From the NCBI RefSeq assembly GCF_044324785.1, contig NZ_CP172129.1: a stretch of 64,000 bases of DNA; one strand, written 5' to 3'. Below are positions 11,622 through 23,187 of this stretch, piece by piece. The stretch is from Escherichia coli. GTDB taxonomy: Bacteria; Pseudomonadota; Gammaproteobacteria; Enterobacterales; Enterobacteriaceae. Position 1 is the first letter of the stretch. Each line of letters begins with the position of its first letter. A model generated the notes under the pieces. It had not been told where the DNA came from and did not search any database. It saw only the letters and a program-made list of their open reading frames with translations. The position numbers were made by a program, and so were the translations under genes.

Positions 11622-13558
11622 AAAAACTTATTGAGTTAAAAGGGGTTAGCCGAACTTATGGCAACGGAGATCAAACGCGGACCGTCCTGAAAAATGTCGA
11701 TTTGACAATCGTTGCTGGAGAAATGGTGGCAATCATTGGAGTCTCTGGCTCAGGCAAATCAACCTTAATGAACATAATGGGTTGCCTTGACGTACCCAAT
11801 AGAGGTGATTACTACATCGACGGACAAAATGCCGCCTGTCTTTCACCCGATGAGCTGGCTAGAGTGCGCCGGGAACACATTGGCTTTATATTCCAGCGCT
11901 ACCATTTGATACCTGATCTTAGCGCACTTGGTAACGTGGAGATCCCGGCCATTTACGCCAACAGCGAACGCGACAGCCGTCGGCAACGTGCAACGGCGTT
12001 GCTGGGCAGACTGGGACTGGAAGGACGTGAGCATCATAAACCTTGCGAACTTTCAGGCGGTCAGCAGCAACGCGTCAGTATTGCCCGAGCACTGATCAAC
12101 GGTGGAAAGATAATTTTGGCGGATGAGCCAACTGGTGCTCTGGATTCGCAATCCGGGCAAGAAGTGTTAGCCATTCTGAATGAACTTAATCGACGTGGTC
12201 ATACTGTAGTAATGGTGACCCACGATATGAAGGTCGCCCGGCACGCAAAGCGAATCATTGAGCTGTGTGATGGCGAAATCATCGCTGATAGTGGAGGTTG
12301 CGTATCTGCGACGGAAACACTACCAAAAACCAACAGAATCCGGCAAAGCTATTGGAAAACACTGCTCGATCGAACGCGTGAATCGATGCAAATGGCGCTA
12401 AAAGCGATGAAGACGCATCGCTTACGCACCACGCTTACCATGATCGGGATTGTTTTTGGTATCGCCTCCGTTGTCACTGTTGTGGCATTGGGTGAAGGAG
12501 CCAGGCAAGAAACACTGGAAGAGATTAAAAGTCTGGGGACAAACGTGGTCAGCATTTATCCCGGGCAGGATTTGTTCGATGACAGCATTGAGAGTATTAG
12601 AACATTGGTACCTGCTGACGCAAATGCACTGGCGAAGCAAGGGTTTATCGATAGCGTCAGCCCGGAAGTTAGCGCTTCAGACAACATTCGTTTTCTGGGT
12701 AAATCTGCGATAGCGTCCATTAACGGCGTTGGGCGGGAACATTTCCGGGTAAAAGGTATTGAGTTGTTGCAAGGGACTACTTTTAGAGACGATCGCAACG
12801 CTCTACAGGAAGTTATTATCGATGAGAATACTCGTAAGGCCATTTTCGACAACACAGGGTTACAGGCTCTGGGGCAAATAGTCTTTCTTGGTTCTGTACC
12901 AGCACGAGTGGTTGGCATCGCTAAAAGTAACAACCGTAGTGATGCATCAAATCGCATTACTGTGTGGATGCCTTACAGCACGGTGATGTACCGTATTGTG
13001 GGTAAACCAGTTCTGACCGGTATTAGCGTCAGGCTAAAAGACAATGTGGATAACGAGGCTGCAATCAGCGCTATCTCCCAACTATTAACCCGGCGTCACG
13101 GCATAAAAGACTTCCAGCTTTATAACTTTGAACAAATAAGAAAGTCTATCGAACACACCTCAATGACCTTCAGTATTTTAATTCTTATGGTCGCATGTAT
13201 CTCACTAATGATCGGCAGTATCGGGGTGATGAACATCATGTTGATTTCTGTAACGGAACGAACTCATGAAATTGGCGTACGAATGGCGGTTGGCGCGAGA
13301 CGCAGCGACATTATGCAACAGTTTATTATTGAGGCCGTATTGGTTTGCCTGATTGGTGGCGCACTCGGTATTGCACTGTCGTATATCACAGGTGCGCTCT
13401 TTAACGCTCTGGCGGACGGGATATTCGCAGCTATATATTCGTGGCAGGCTGCTGTTGCTGCATTTTTTTGCTCAACCTTAATCGGCATAATCTTCGGGTA
13501 TCTCCCAGCCCGCAAGGCAGCAAGGATGGACCCGGTTATTTCACTGGCCAGCGAATAA
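11618..13558 (+). CDS. etsB: EtsB, MacB-like ABC transporter (N-terminal ATPase fused to permease)
   Basis: 646-aa ORF with Walker A GVSGSGKST, ABC signature LSGGQQQR and C-terminal FtsX-like permease region. Confidence 0.85.
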   Translation: MKKLIELKGVSRTYGNGDQTRTVLKNVDLTIVAGEMVAIIGVSGSGKSTLMNIMGCLDVPNRGDYYIDGQNAACLSPDELARVRREHIGFIFQRYHLIPDLSALGNVEIPAIYANSERDSRRQRATALLGRLGLEGREHHKPCELSGGQQQRVSIARALINGGKIILADEPTGALDSQSGQEVLAILNELNRRGHTVVMVTHDMKVARHAKRIIELCDGEIIADSGGCVSATETLPKTNRIRQSYWKTLLDRTRESMQMALKAMKTHRLRTTLTMIGIVFGIASVVTVVALGEGARQETLEEIKSLGTNVVSIYPGQDLFDDSIESIRTLVPADANALAKQGFIDSVSPEVSASDNIRFLGKSAIASINGVGREHFRVKGIELLQGTTFRDDRNALQEVIIDENTRKAIFDNTGLQALGQIVFLGSVPARVVGIAKSNNRSDASNRITVWMPYSTVMYRIVGKPVLTGISVRLKDNVDNEAAISAISQLLTRRHGIKDFQLYNFEQIRKSIEHTSMTFSILILMVACISLMIGSIGVMNIMLISVTERTHEIGVRMAVGARRSDIMQQFIIEAVLVCLIGGALGIALSYITGALFNALADGIFAAIYSWQAAVAAFFCSTLIGIIFGYLPARKAARMDPVISLASE

Positions 13559-13561
13559 TAT

Positions 13562-14932
13562 ATGAAAATTTTATCATCGTTGACTTTATGCCTTATCACC
13601 GCACTCTGTTCAGGTTGCACAAACGTGCTGAAAAGTGACTATCGCGCTCCCGAAGTGAACTATCCCATCAACTGGACCAAGGGCGATGTGGACGGAAATA
13701 CATCCCCGTTTGACTGGGAAGAATTTAACGATCCTAATCTCGATAACTGGCTTCACCTGGTGATGACAAGTAATAACGACATAGCTATAGCTGCACTGCG
13801 GATACATCGGGCGCAGCTGGATGCGGAAAGAACAGGTATCACCAATACTCCTGCACTAAAGGCGGCACTGAGTATGGACGGAAAAAAACAGCTGAATAAC
13901 TCGTCCGGCTGGGCAAAAAGCGGTTCTGCCAGCCTTGGCACCAGCTATGAGCTGGATCTCTGGGGAAAAATTGCCCGTCAGCGTGATGTTGCTGAGTGGG
14001 CAGTCCATGCCAGTGAAGAAGATTTTCGCTCCGCGCGCCTGATGCTGCTTTCAGAGGCCAGCAATAATTACTGGCGTATCGGTTTTGTAAATCAACAAAT
14101 TACCACCCTCCAGCAGAGTATTGACTATGCAAAAGAGACGCTGCGTCTGGCCGAGGTTCGCTATCGTGCAGGAAATATCTCGTCGCTGGATGTGATTGAC
14201 GCGCAGCAAAACCTGCTCACGCAAGAGAACCAGCTTACAGGGCTACAACGAGAACATTCACAGCTACTCAATCAGCAGGCCGTTTTGCTCGGCACCGTGC
14301 CCGGTTGCCAGATAGTCGAGCCCACAACGCTGCCAAAAGGAAGCCTGCCTAAGGTCAATGCGAATATTCCTGCCAGCATACTGATGCGCCGGCCTGACAT
14401 AAGTGCTAAAGAGTGGCAGTTGCGTGAGGCGCTAGCTACGGTTGATATCAAGCGTAGCGAATATTACCCCACCTTCAACCTGACAGGCGCTTTGGGTACC
14501 AGCAGCGCTTCGCTACTGGCATTACTGCATAATCCGGTCGGTTCCGTAGGCGCTAACCTGACGCTACCGTTCCTGGAGTGGCGACAGCGGGACATAGAGG
14601 TAAAAATTGCCCGTAACGATTACGAACAGCGAGTGCTGGAGTTTAAACAGCTACTTTATAAGGCAATGAGCAGTATAGAGGACGCGCTTTCATTTCGTAA
14701 CCAGTTGCTGCTTCAGGAGACAAGACTCAGGGAAGAACTGGAACTTGCACGTAAGTCAGAGTGGTTAAACGAAGTTCGTTACCGGCATGGTGCAGTACGT
14801 ATTTCATTCTGGCTTGATGCTCAGGAAAAACGTCGTCAGGCGGAGCTGCGACTGGATGAAAACCGCTTCAATCAGTTGCAGAATCTAGCAAAAATTTATC
14901 TTGAGTTTGGCGGGGCATCAACCTTTCCTTAA
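13562..14932 (+). CDS. etsC: EtsC, TolC-family outer-membrane efflux protein
   Basis: 456-aa ORF with lipoprotein-like signal (…LCSGC…) and outer-membrane factor repeats. Confidence 0.8.
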   Translation: MKILSSLTLCLITALCSGCTNVLKSDYRAPEVNYPINWTKGDVDGNTSPFDWEEFNDPNLDNWLHLVMTSNNDIAIAALRIHRAQLDAERTGITNTPALKAALSMDGKKQLNNSSGWAKSGSASLGTSYELDLWGKIARQRDVAEWAVHASEEDFRSARLMLLSEASNNYWRIGFVNQQITTLQQSIDYAKETLRLAEVRYRAGNISSLDVIDAQQNLLTQENQLTGLQREHSQLLNQQAVLLGTVPGCQIVEPTTLPKGSLPKVNANIPASILMRRPDISAKEWQLREALATVDIKRSEYYPTFNLTGALGTSSASLLALLHNPVGSVGANLTLPFLEWRQRDIEVKIARNDYEQRVLEFKQLLYKAMSSIEDALSFRNQLLLQETRLREELELARKSEWLNEVRYRHGAVRISFWLDAQEKRRQAELRLDENRFNQLQNLAKIYLEFGGASTFP

Positions 14933-15254
14933 GTCTAATTGGGGACAACCAGGAGCAATAAGGAGTGAAAAATAGCCACAGCTGAAAACACCATAGCCAT
15001 TGACATTTGAGCTTTACCTGCTCTTGAAAACAAAAAATCACTGTTAAGCGCAATGCTATTCACTTCAGCAGAGCAGTATTGCGTGTCACGAGCATGTTTA
15101 CCATTCTGTGTAAATATCTTTTCTTAAAAGTGATCATCAAAGCAGTCATCAAACTCGATAAATATCCACCGGCATAGCGTAATGCCGAGCAATTAAGGAT
15201 CAATTGACCGCTCCTTAAACTGCGGCACTATAACGGCTTCTACAACAGGGAGCC

Positions 15255-15633
15255 GTTTTCTTGTGCATAGAAAACCCCCAGCTAGGCTGGGGGTTCCGGA
15301 AAGCTTTCAGCTTTGAGCCAGTTATTAAAACCCCTTTTGATTTGTTAAAACACCTTGCGGTCTGGCAACTGCAAGTGTCAAACAAGAAATCAAAAGGGGG
15401 TCCCAATGGGGAACGAAAAGAGCTTAGCGCACACCCGATGGAACTGTAAATATCACATAGTATTTGCGCCAAAATACCGAAGACAGGTGTTCTACAGAGA
15501 GAAGCGTAGAGCAATAGGCTGTATTTTGAGAAAGCTGTGTGAGTGGAAAAGTGTACGGATTCTGGAAGCTGAATGCTGTGCAGATCATATCCATATGCTA
15601 CAATGTTTGTCAAAGCTCAGTGAAAATGTCTAA
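15255..15633 (+). mobile_element. IS200 remnant: left-end hairpin plus the first ~75 codons of tnpA (15406-15633), 3' truncated
   Basis: Hairpin CCCCCAGCTAGGCTGGGGG followed by an ORF MGNEKSLAHTRWNCKYHIVFAPKYRR… matching IS200 TnpA, which diverges after …ADHIHML. Confidence 0.75.
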
Positions 15634-15728
15634 TCACTGGCTCATTATAAATGTCCATATATTGAAAAGGCCGCTGCGAAAATCCCTCCCGCAGCGGCCT
15701 CTTTAGCATAACGTCATTATGCGAACCA

Positions 15729-16670
15729 TCACTTAATGTTCTTCTCGCATTTTAAGAGAAATAGTAAATTTGTAGCAGTAAGATGAAGCATATAGCTTAC
15801 CAATTCTTCCGGAACCTCTTTAATATCAGCTCCTTGCCCATGACCTGCATTTTTGTTTCTGATGGTTGGAATTCCTGTTTCCAGCATTGTTTTCAGACTT
15901 GTGAACTGGCTTTGTAAATATGCCGGAATTAAATTTTGACTTAAACAGCTATTTATTAGTTTTGATGCTGTATCATTAGGACTATATTTCCAGTTATTCT
16001 TATCATGTATTGCTTTCATTATACTTTCAAATGATTTCAGACAATCATTTAGACATTCTTTATAACGCTTATGCCTGTAATGCTCATGCGCAGCAAGGAA
16101 TTCATCATTGGCGCCTTCAAACAAGGGTTCTCCACTTAAAAGAATCAGGGTTGGCTTTACGACATCAGCATGAATCAATTGAGAGTCTATCCTTATTATC
16201 TCTTCAGATTCAAACTGATAACCAACCCCATGTTCTCTAAACCTTTCATTTAGTTCAATAACTGCATCTCCAGGACTTTGACTTGTTATGTCTTTGAATT
16301 CATAATGGTTTTTCGCAACGTGGCTCACTAGTATCTGGAAGCATATTTCTATGAAATCTAGGCATTTCTCTGTATTTCTCTCTTTAAGGAAAAAGTCGAC
16401 AAGAGCGTCAAAGTCATTCTTTGCAAATTCCTTCAAAGAAAAAACACCATATTCCTTAGAAAGTATCTCATGGATATATGCATATACTTTGTCAGCTTCA
16501 TTTCTATACGATGTGTAGCGTTCATTAGAAGAGGGGAAGCCGATAGAATCAGTTATTATTTTAATTATTTGCACCCTGAGTGCATGTGGAATATTGTTAT
16601 ATTGATATACGTCATTTACTTCGCCACGAATTTTTCTTTGTCTCTTAGAATAAATATTAATAATTGCCAT
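15729..16670 (-). CDS. AbiJ-like protein with a C-terminal HEPN-type motif; candidate abortive-infection/defence gene
   Basis: 313-aa AT-rich ORF; C-terminal R-x5-H motif (IRNKNAGHG) typical of HEPN RNase domains; sits between IS remnants. Confidence 0.5.
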   Translation of the reverse strand: MAIINIYSKRQRKIRGEVNDVYQYNNIPHALRVQIIKIITDSIGFPSSNERYTSYRNEADKVYAYIHEILSKEYGVFSLKEFAKNDFDALVDFFLKERNTEKCLDFIEICFQILVSHVAKNHYEFKDITSQSPGDAVIELNERFREHGVGYQFESEEIIRIDSQLIHADVVKPTLILLSGEPLFEGANDEFLAAHEHYRHKRYKECLNDCLKSFESIMKAIHDKNNWKYSPNDTASKLINSCLSQNLIPAYLQSQFTSLKTMLETGIPTIRNKNAGHGQGADIKEVPEELVSYMLHLTATNLLFLLKCEKNIK

Positions 16671-16904
16671 GAAATAGCCTCAAGATTTTTTTACATGCTG
16701 TTCTGTGATACTTGCTGTTTGGCTCTTTGCACCGCGAAGCGGTTCGGGGTTCTGTGACACCCGAATTTTACCTCGGTTTCCTTTGTATATAATATCATTG
16801 AAGTTATTTGCATTTCTCAGAAATCTTCTCTGGCTTTGATTGCAATAGCCGAAAGATAGCGCACACATCGCCGTTGGTCAGTTAGTACGAGGTTTCCGCC
16901 AAGT

Positions 16905-18294
16905 TCACCTTTTACCAAAGATGGCCTCAGAGCTTCCCTGAAGCTTTATCATGGCTTCAAGTAGGTCATCTTCGTTCAGTGAGCGCTGAGATTTGTTGAT
17001 GCTAGGGGCGTGCCGTCTGCGGGAAGGCTCATCACCAGAACAAGGTAACGATTGTGAGCGATTATTGTCCCGTTTTCTCTGGACCTGACGGGCAACATCC
17101 AACACATGGCCAAGTCTCTTGTTATCTACAATGGCGACGGGATCAACCTCAGAAAGCCGGTCATAGGTGGAGTAGGGCAGCAGCACGCCATTTAGTCGCA
17201 GCTCCTTATGTCCGTCAGGATAATGCCAGACATCAATATACTTGCCGATGGCTCTTCGACTGTACTCGTTGTCCTCAATCAGATAGAGCATTTTATCGTA
17301 TTGTACAGTCAGATTTTTTGATACCCGGCGAGGCTCTCGCTAGGTAAATTCTGCATCAAGGTCATCGTCTAATGCCTGCGGCCGGTGCGCGTTAAAATCA
17401 TGCAAGGGTTCTTTGGCAAAGCGCCGGTTATAATCCTTCTGCAAATGCATTGGCCGCTTCTATTGTACAGATCCCCTTAAGCCTGAGCTCCTTAACGAGT
17501 CGGTCCTGAAGTGTCAAATGAGCACGTTCAACGCGGCCTTTTGCCTGGCTGGTTTCAGCACACAAAGGAGTAATATTAAGGCAGCGCATGGCCCTGGCAA
17601 ACTGGGTTTCGCCGGGGCCGGTGGTGGCGTGCTTATTATTGACTCTGAATACGCTGGCTTTATCGCTGTAGAGGATCATCGGTTTACCGTATTTCTCGAT
17701 ATAGCCACGTGTAGCTTCAAAATAGGTAAATGTGGACTCAGATTTCACAAACAGCAGGTGCATCAGGCGACTGGTGGCATCGTCAACATAGACCAGGGCA
17801 GAACAGGGTCGACCCCGGTTTTCAAACCAGTGGTGGTCGCAGCCATCAATTTGTATCAGCTCGCCAGTACAAGGACGCCGGTAACGAGGCTGATGAATTT
17901 TCGGTGCGCGTTGTCTGCGGGGAATCCAGAGTCCGGCCTTTATCATGAGACGTCGGATGGTTTCCTTTCCAAGGACCAGACCGTGAACTTCCTCCAGCTT
18001 TTCCCGCGCTAGCGTGGGGCCAAAATCACGGTAGTGCTCCCGGATTATACTGAGTGCCTGATCTGTCAGTGACGCTGGCAACAGACGGTTACCAGTGCGG
18101 CCACGACTCTGGTTGTTCATGCCAAGCGGCCCATACTGGCGATAACGTTTGAGCAGACGGCTGCAATGACGTGGCGTGATGCCCAGCATTTCGGCAGCCT
18201 GTCCAGGACGGATATTGCGATCGATGACATCCTGAAGGATTTTGAGGCGATTGATTTCTTTCACGGTGAACATTCCGGCGTCATTTATAGCCAT
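16905..18294 (-). pseudogene. DDE transposase (HTH plus integrase-core rve domain, IS481/ISNCY-like), split into two ORFs
   Basis: ORF 17428-18294 carries the HTH and DDE core (…LIQIDGCDHHWF…YSDKASVF…); ORF 16905-17291 is the C-terminal continuation in another frame. Confidence 0.55.
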
Positions 18295-18589
18295 AGAAAA
18301 CTCCTCATCAGGAAAAAGTGAGTCGTTGTCTAGACATAGGGATCTGAGAAACTATAGCCTGGACATTCCTAATGAGCCACAAATAGACATTAGCATTGAG
18401 CCTCTACAATGTTTGTGCGCACAATCTATCTTATGTTAAATAACATTGAATATTAACTTACTTCATGAAGCTTACTGCTTCTATTTCCACTTCTTTTTCT
18501 TATTAATCGCTCCCCTAATCCACGCATTCATCTGCTCTACAGGCTCTAAAATATTTTTTCTGAGTACTGAGCACAAACTGCTCCATAAA

Positions 18590-18800
18590 AAACAGACCAC
18601 AAGTTTGGGCATGATACTGATGTAGTCACGTTTTATTGTTTTCATGAAGCTCTCTGCTATTCCATTACTCACCGGACTCCGCACCGCCGTGTTCTTCGAT
18701 TTAAGTCCCAACATCCGAGCGAACTGGCGTGTTTCATTAACCCGGTAGTCAGAGTCAGCGGTCGAAAGACCTCCCAGGTAGCTACTCTGCATACCCACTA
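18590..18800 (-). mobile_element. IS2 fragment (3' part of insD)
   Basis: Minus-strand translation …[45 protein letters not shown]… matches IS2 InsD; DNA near-identical to 21510-21700. Confidence 0.7.
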
Positions 18801-18930
18801 TAATGCAACTATTCTCGTGACGTGTGTTTCAGCTCTCCCCCGGCTATGATACGAGATGGTATGGAGAGCCCTTCTGGGGCCACTGCCTGCACCAGATGCA
18901 ACAGGAAGCCTGATATGAATGCAATTTCTG

Positions 18931-20124
18931 TCAGGACAGGCGGGTAACTTTCTGTGGCCATGGATCAGGGAATACTCCACCCGACATCCACCACTGAATT
19001 TCTTCTTCAGTCAACAAGCAAAGGGATAAGGCATGTGTAAAATCATTAACTTCAGTGGCATTGCCAATGATAGTCAACTGACAGCAGCGATCGCCAAATC
19101 GCCCAGAGGCTGTGTCGATGTGTCGCTGTAGCGCTGAACGTTCTTCACGAGTTAAATTATTGTCAGTATGTTCCAGTACTCCAGCTTTCCAGTAGCCAAT
19201 GAGCGCCAGACTGATGCTTCCTGCTGACTGATTCCAGAGCAGGGCAAGATCATCTCTCCCGGGGAGCCAAAAAAAACCTTTACTGCGATAAACGCCCATG
19301 CCCATAAAGCGGTGACAGGTATCCCATAATCTTTGCGGATGGAATGGCCTGTCGTCCCTGATGACGCGCCATATAAGTTCCTCATTGTTGCACGGAGTAT
19401 CCATGTTTCCTACAAGTGCTTCCAGTTCACTGATGAGTAACTCAACACGGTCAAAATTGTAGTCCGGGATCGCCAGTAATGTGCTCAGTTCAATATTTCC
19501 CCATGATACCGCGAGCACATCCACGGAGGGGTTAAGTGGGTGTATGGCTTTTGCCACAGCGGAGATAATGTCAAAGGGCAGGCGGTCATTTCTGGTCAGC
19601 AGCAGCCTGTTGCAGAACATGATTTGCTCGGCCAGCAAATTCTCCAGGCCGCGTTTGTTATGCCGGAGATTTTCCTGAAGAGTGGGGATCAGTTTTTTCC
19701 CATCATTGTAATCTTCATGGAGCATGACAGTATCAACGAGTGTTAAAAACGCCTTCAGGCGTACACGTGAATGGCGACGCAGGTATTTGACCAGAGGAAG
19801 CGGATGACTGCTTCCGGAGGTTTCAATCAGCATCACATCCGGCTTGTTGTGATCAAGCAGGTGGTTAATTGCGAGATCCATCTTTTTGAGGCCTGCGGGG
19901 CTGCTGATGCTGTCTGCGGTGATACTTACGAAATTATTGTCTTTTGCATCTACAATATCTGTGTTGGCGATCAGCACGCCGTCCACATCCAGTTCGCTCA
20001 TGTCATTGACTATGACAGAGACTGAAAGCTGTTTTTCGTGTGCCTGTATGAGCAGGTTTTTCAGCAGAGTGGTTTTCCCTGCGCCGAGGAAGCCATTGAG
20101 AATGATGACAGATGTTGTTTCCAT
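18931..20124 (-). CDS. CobW/COG0523-family G3E GTPase (putative metallochaperone)
   Basis: P-loop GFLGAGKTT near the N-terminus (start taken at METTSVIILNG…) plus a CobW-like C-terminal domain; the 435-aa ORF in the track has an N-terminal extension unlikely to be translated. Confidence 0.65.
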   Translation of the reverse strand: METTSVIILNGFLGAGKTTLLKNLLIQAHEKQLSVSVIVNDMSELDVDGVLIANTDIVDAKDNNFVSITADSISSPAGLKKMDLAINHLLDHNKPDVMLIETSGSSHPLPLVKYLRRHSRVRLKAFLTLVDTVMLHEDYNDGKKLIPTLQENLRHNKRGLENLLAEQIMFCNRLLLTRNDRLPFDIISAVAKAIHPLNPSVDVLAVSWGNIELSTLLAIPDYNFDRVELLISELEALVGNMDTPCNNEELIWRVIRDDRPFHPQRLWDTCHRFMGMGVYRSKGFFWLPGRDDLALLWNQSAGSISLALIGYWKAGVLEHTDNNLTREERSALQRHIDTASGRFGDRCCQLTIIGNATEVNDFTHALSLCLLTEEEIQWWMSGGVFPDPWPQKVTRLS

Positions 20125-20869
20125 ATCAGCAGTACACCAGTTAGTTAGCGAGGAAGGCGCTTGGTGGTACAAAGAGCATCCGGATTGAATCGCATAACGT
20201 CGACGGGAGTTGTTGTCGTTTTTCCTGTGAGGTCTCAACCTGCCACAGAACGCACCGGACTTATTGGTATTTAGTCTCCATCAGCATAATTATCACCATT
20301 TTTATCTCCGGGGGAAGATTTGTTCTGAACAGGAGTGGGAGGTGTGACCTCCTGAAAGTAATTACAGATTGCTAGTTGTTGTATTTTTATTCGAATATGT
20401 CTCTTCGTATCAGTGATAGCACCTAGATAAAGTATATTCCGGGAGCGTTATCTGTTCTAGATATCAGAGAGTCAGTCATTTGTAAAAAAGAGAGCTGCAT
20501 CATTCTATTTTTCCTGTCTATTCACCCTGTTGTCGTATCTAAAAGACATCCGTTCCGAGGATGTCGGGCACCCGTTCTGTACTAAGATACATAGCTTTTG
20601 GGTCTGCACTATTTGGAACCGACAGAAGTCTGTCTGTGATATCCGCATTTTTCTGTGTGCGATATATTCCGAAAAACTTCAAACCACTTAAAAGAGGTGT
20701 TTCCGGAGGATAAGTTCGACCAGGGAATAGTGTTTCCTGGTAAGTGTGGCGGAGCCAGTTCACCAGGAGTATCTTTCTTATCCAGTTATACTGGATTTTA
20801 TTAGATGATCACCCTACCCTGCAGCAGTACGCTGACGGTGTTTTTTTGGGAGAACCATTATGAATAACG

Positions 20870-21336
20870 TCATCTTTGATTGGTATTTATCTAGGCAAAA
20901 ATTCATTCAACGTCCACTGCCAAGATGCAACAGGCAGAGTCCTTAACTGTCAGAATCCAAGTGCTCGAAATTATTCGAATTCCTTACTAATTCCTCCTAC
21001 ACAACTATTGTTATGGAAGCTTGCGAAGATGCTCACTATATGGCACGGAAATTTTCGGAAATGCGTCATAAAACAAAGCTAATACCTCCTCATTTTGTCC
21101 AACCCTTCGTTAAAATTAATAAAAATGATTTCTTTGAGGCTGAAACCATATGTGAAGTTACATCAAGCCATCAATGAGATTTGTAGCATTAGGAGCTGAA
21201 TCCCAGCAGAGGATTCCACTTTTCATCCGTCGTTGACAATGGCCTTGAAAAACGCCGTTACTCACCGTTCTCCTTCACGGTAATACGCAGTTATAGTTGC
21301 AGAGCAATGTAATGGATCTTTTATATTAAGAAATTG
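20870..21336 (+). pseudogene. IS110-family transposase N-terminal fragment, frameshifted and cut by IS2
   Basis: Frames give MNNVIFDWYLSR…/…GIYLGKNSFNVHCQDATGRVL…/…KLIPPHFVQPFVKINKNDFFEAE… resembling the N-terminal domain of IS110-family transposases; ends at the IS2 terminus. Confidence 0.4.
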
Positions 21337-21347
21337 TGGATTTGCCC

Positions 21348-22253
21348 CTATATTTCCAGACATCTGTTATCACTTAACCCATTACAAGCCCGCTGCCGCA
21401 GATATTCCCGTGGCGAGCGATAACCCAGCGCACTATGCGGATGCCATTCGTTATAATGCTCGAACGCCTCTGCAAGGTTCTTTGCTGCCGTTAACCCGTC
21501 TGGTTTGGGCATGATACTGATGTAGTCACGCTTTATCGTTTTCACGAAGCTCTCTGCTATTCCGTTACTCTCCGGACTCCGCACCGCCGTGTTCTTCGGT
21601 TCAAGCCCCAACATCCGGGCAAACTGCCGTGTTTCATTAGCCCGGTAGCATGAACCATTATCCGTCAGCCACTCTACTGGAGACGCCGGAAGCTCGTTGC
21701 CGAAGCGGCGTTCCACCGCTCCCAGCATGACGTCCTGTACTGTTTCACTGTTGAAGCCGCCCGTAGTAACCGCCCAGTGCAGTGCCTCACGGTCACAGCA
21801 GTCCAGCGCGAACGTGACTCGCAGTTTTTCTCCGTTATCACAGCGGAACTCGAACCCGTCAGAGCACCATCGTTGATTGCTTTCTTTCACGGCCACTTTG
21901 CCAGTATGTGCCCGTTTCGATGGCGGTACAGCGGTTTTTCGCTCAAGCAACAGCGCATTCTGGCGCATGATCCGGTAAACACGTTTGGCATTGATCGCAG
22001 GCATACCATCAAGTTCGGCCTGTCTGCGAAGCAGCGCCCATACCCGACGATAACCATACGTGGGCAGCTCTCCGATAACATGGTGTATACGGAGAAGCAC
22101 ATCCGTATCATCTGAGTGACGGCTGCGGCGACCATCTTTCCAGTCATCGGTTCGTCTGAGAATTACGTGCAACTGCGCACGCGACACCCGGAGACAACGG
22201 CTGACTAAGCTTACTCCCCATCCCCGGGCAATAAGGGCGCGTGCGCTATCCAC
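21348..22253 (-). CDS. insD: IS2 transposase InsD
   Basis: 301-aa ORF matching IS2 InsD ([30 protein letters not shown]…). Confidence 0.9.
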
Positions 22254-22576
22254 TTTTTTGCCCGTCCATATTCAACGGCTTCTTTGAGGAGTTCATTTTC
22301 CATCGTTTTCTTGCCGAGCAGGCGCTGGAGTTCTTTAATCTGCTTCATGGCGGCAGCAAGTTCAGAGGCAGGAACAACCTGTTCTCCGGCGGCGACAGCA
22401 GTAAGACTTCCTTCCTGGTATTGCTTACGCCAGAGAAATAACTGGCTGGCTGCTACACCATGTTGCCGGGCAACGAGGGAGACCGTCATCCCCGGTTCAA
22501 AGCTCTGCTGAACAATTGCGATCTTTTCCTGTGTGGTACGCCGTCTGCGTTTCTCCGGCCCTAAGACATCAATCAT
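22211..22576 (-). CDS. insC: IS2 InsC (HTH transposase-associated protein)
   Basis: [30 protein letters not shown]… matches IS2 InsC; the track ORF includes an upstream extension. Confidence 0.85.
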
Positions 22577-23187
22577 CTGTTCTCCAATGACTAGTCTAAA
22601 AACTAGTATTAAGACTATCACTTATTTAAGTGATACTGGTTGTCTGGAGATTCAGGGGGCCAGTCTAAGGTGCACGAATCCTAGAGGCAGAATGTTTCTC
22701 CACATGCTTGTGGAGAAACCGCCGCATTTTGCCCGTTCTGTACGATACACCGTAGCCAGAGATAAGATATTCTGTTGCTGTATGCTACATACATTACACT
22801 ATACGAAATCAGGTCTGTTCAATCAGTAAGGAAATAAACGGACAAACGTTATGTAACCCAGACAGAGATATATTGTCTGGGAAAATAGTGGCTTTTGTGG
22901 CGAAAACTAGTAAAACAGCAACCCGAACCACTTGATGTGCATCGTTTTTGATTATTCCCGTATACTCTTGCAGAAGGAGTTCTCCGTCGGGCTACTGTCA
23001 TGGTTAATGCGGGGAATATGGCGACAATACAACACACCTAAAAGAGTAATGGACAGATGAAGCGGTTTATTCATTTCCCATGATTCTGAGTACCTACCAA
23101 GTCTGAGTAACCACTTTTATACTTTTAATTTTCGTTCATTTAGCTATCGTTTAATTATTATCACATAGGATTCTGCCGTTTTTAACA

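Larger units (their letters stand above)
21337..22667 (-). mobile_element. IS2 insertion sequence, about 1331 bp, apparently intact
   Basis: Ends match IS2 termini (TGGATTTGCCCCTAT… at 21337 and …GGGGGCCAGTCTA at 22667); contains insC and insD. Confidence 0.85.

Noticed and set aside
17518-18012. 164-aa plus-strand ORF within the disrupted transposase region
   Set aside because: Antisense to the DDE transposase ORF, whose translation shows clear HTH and integrase-core motifs.
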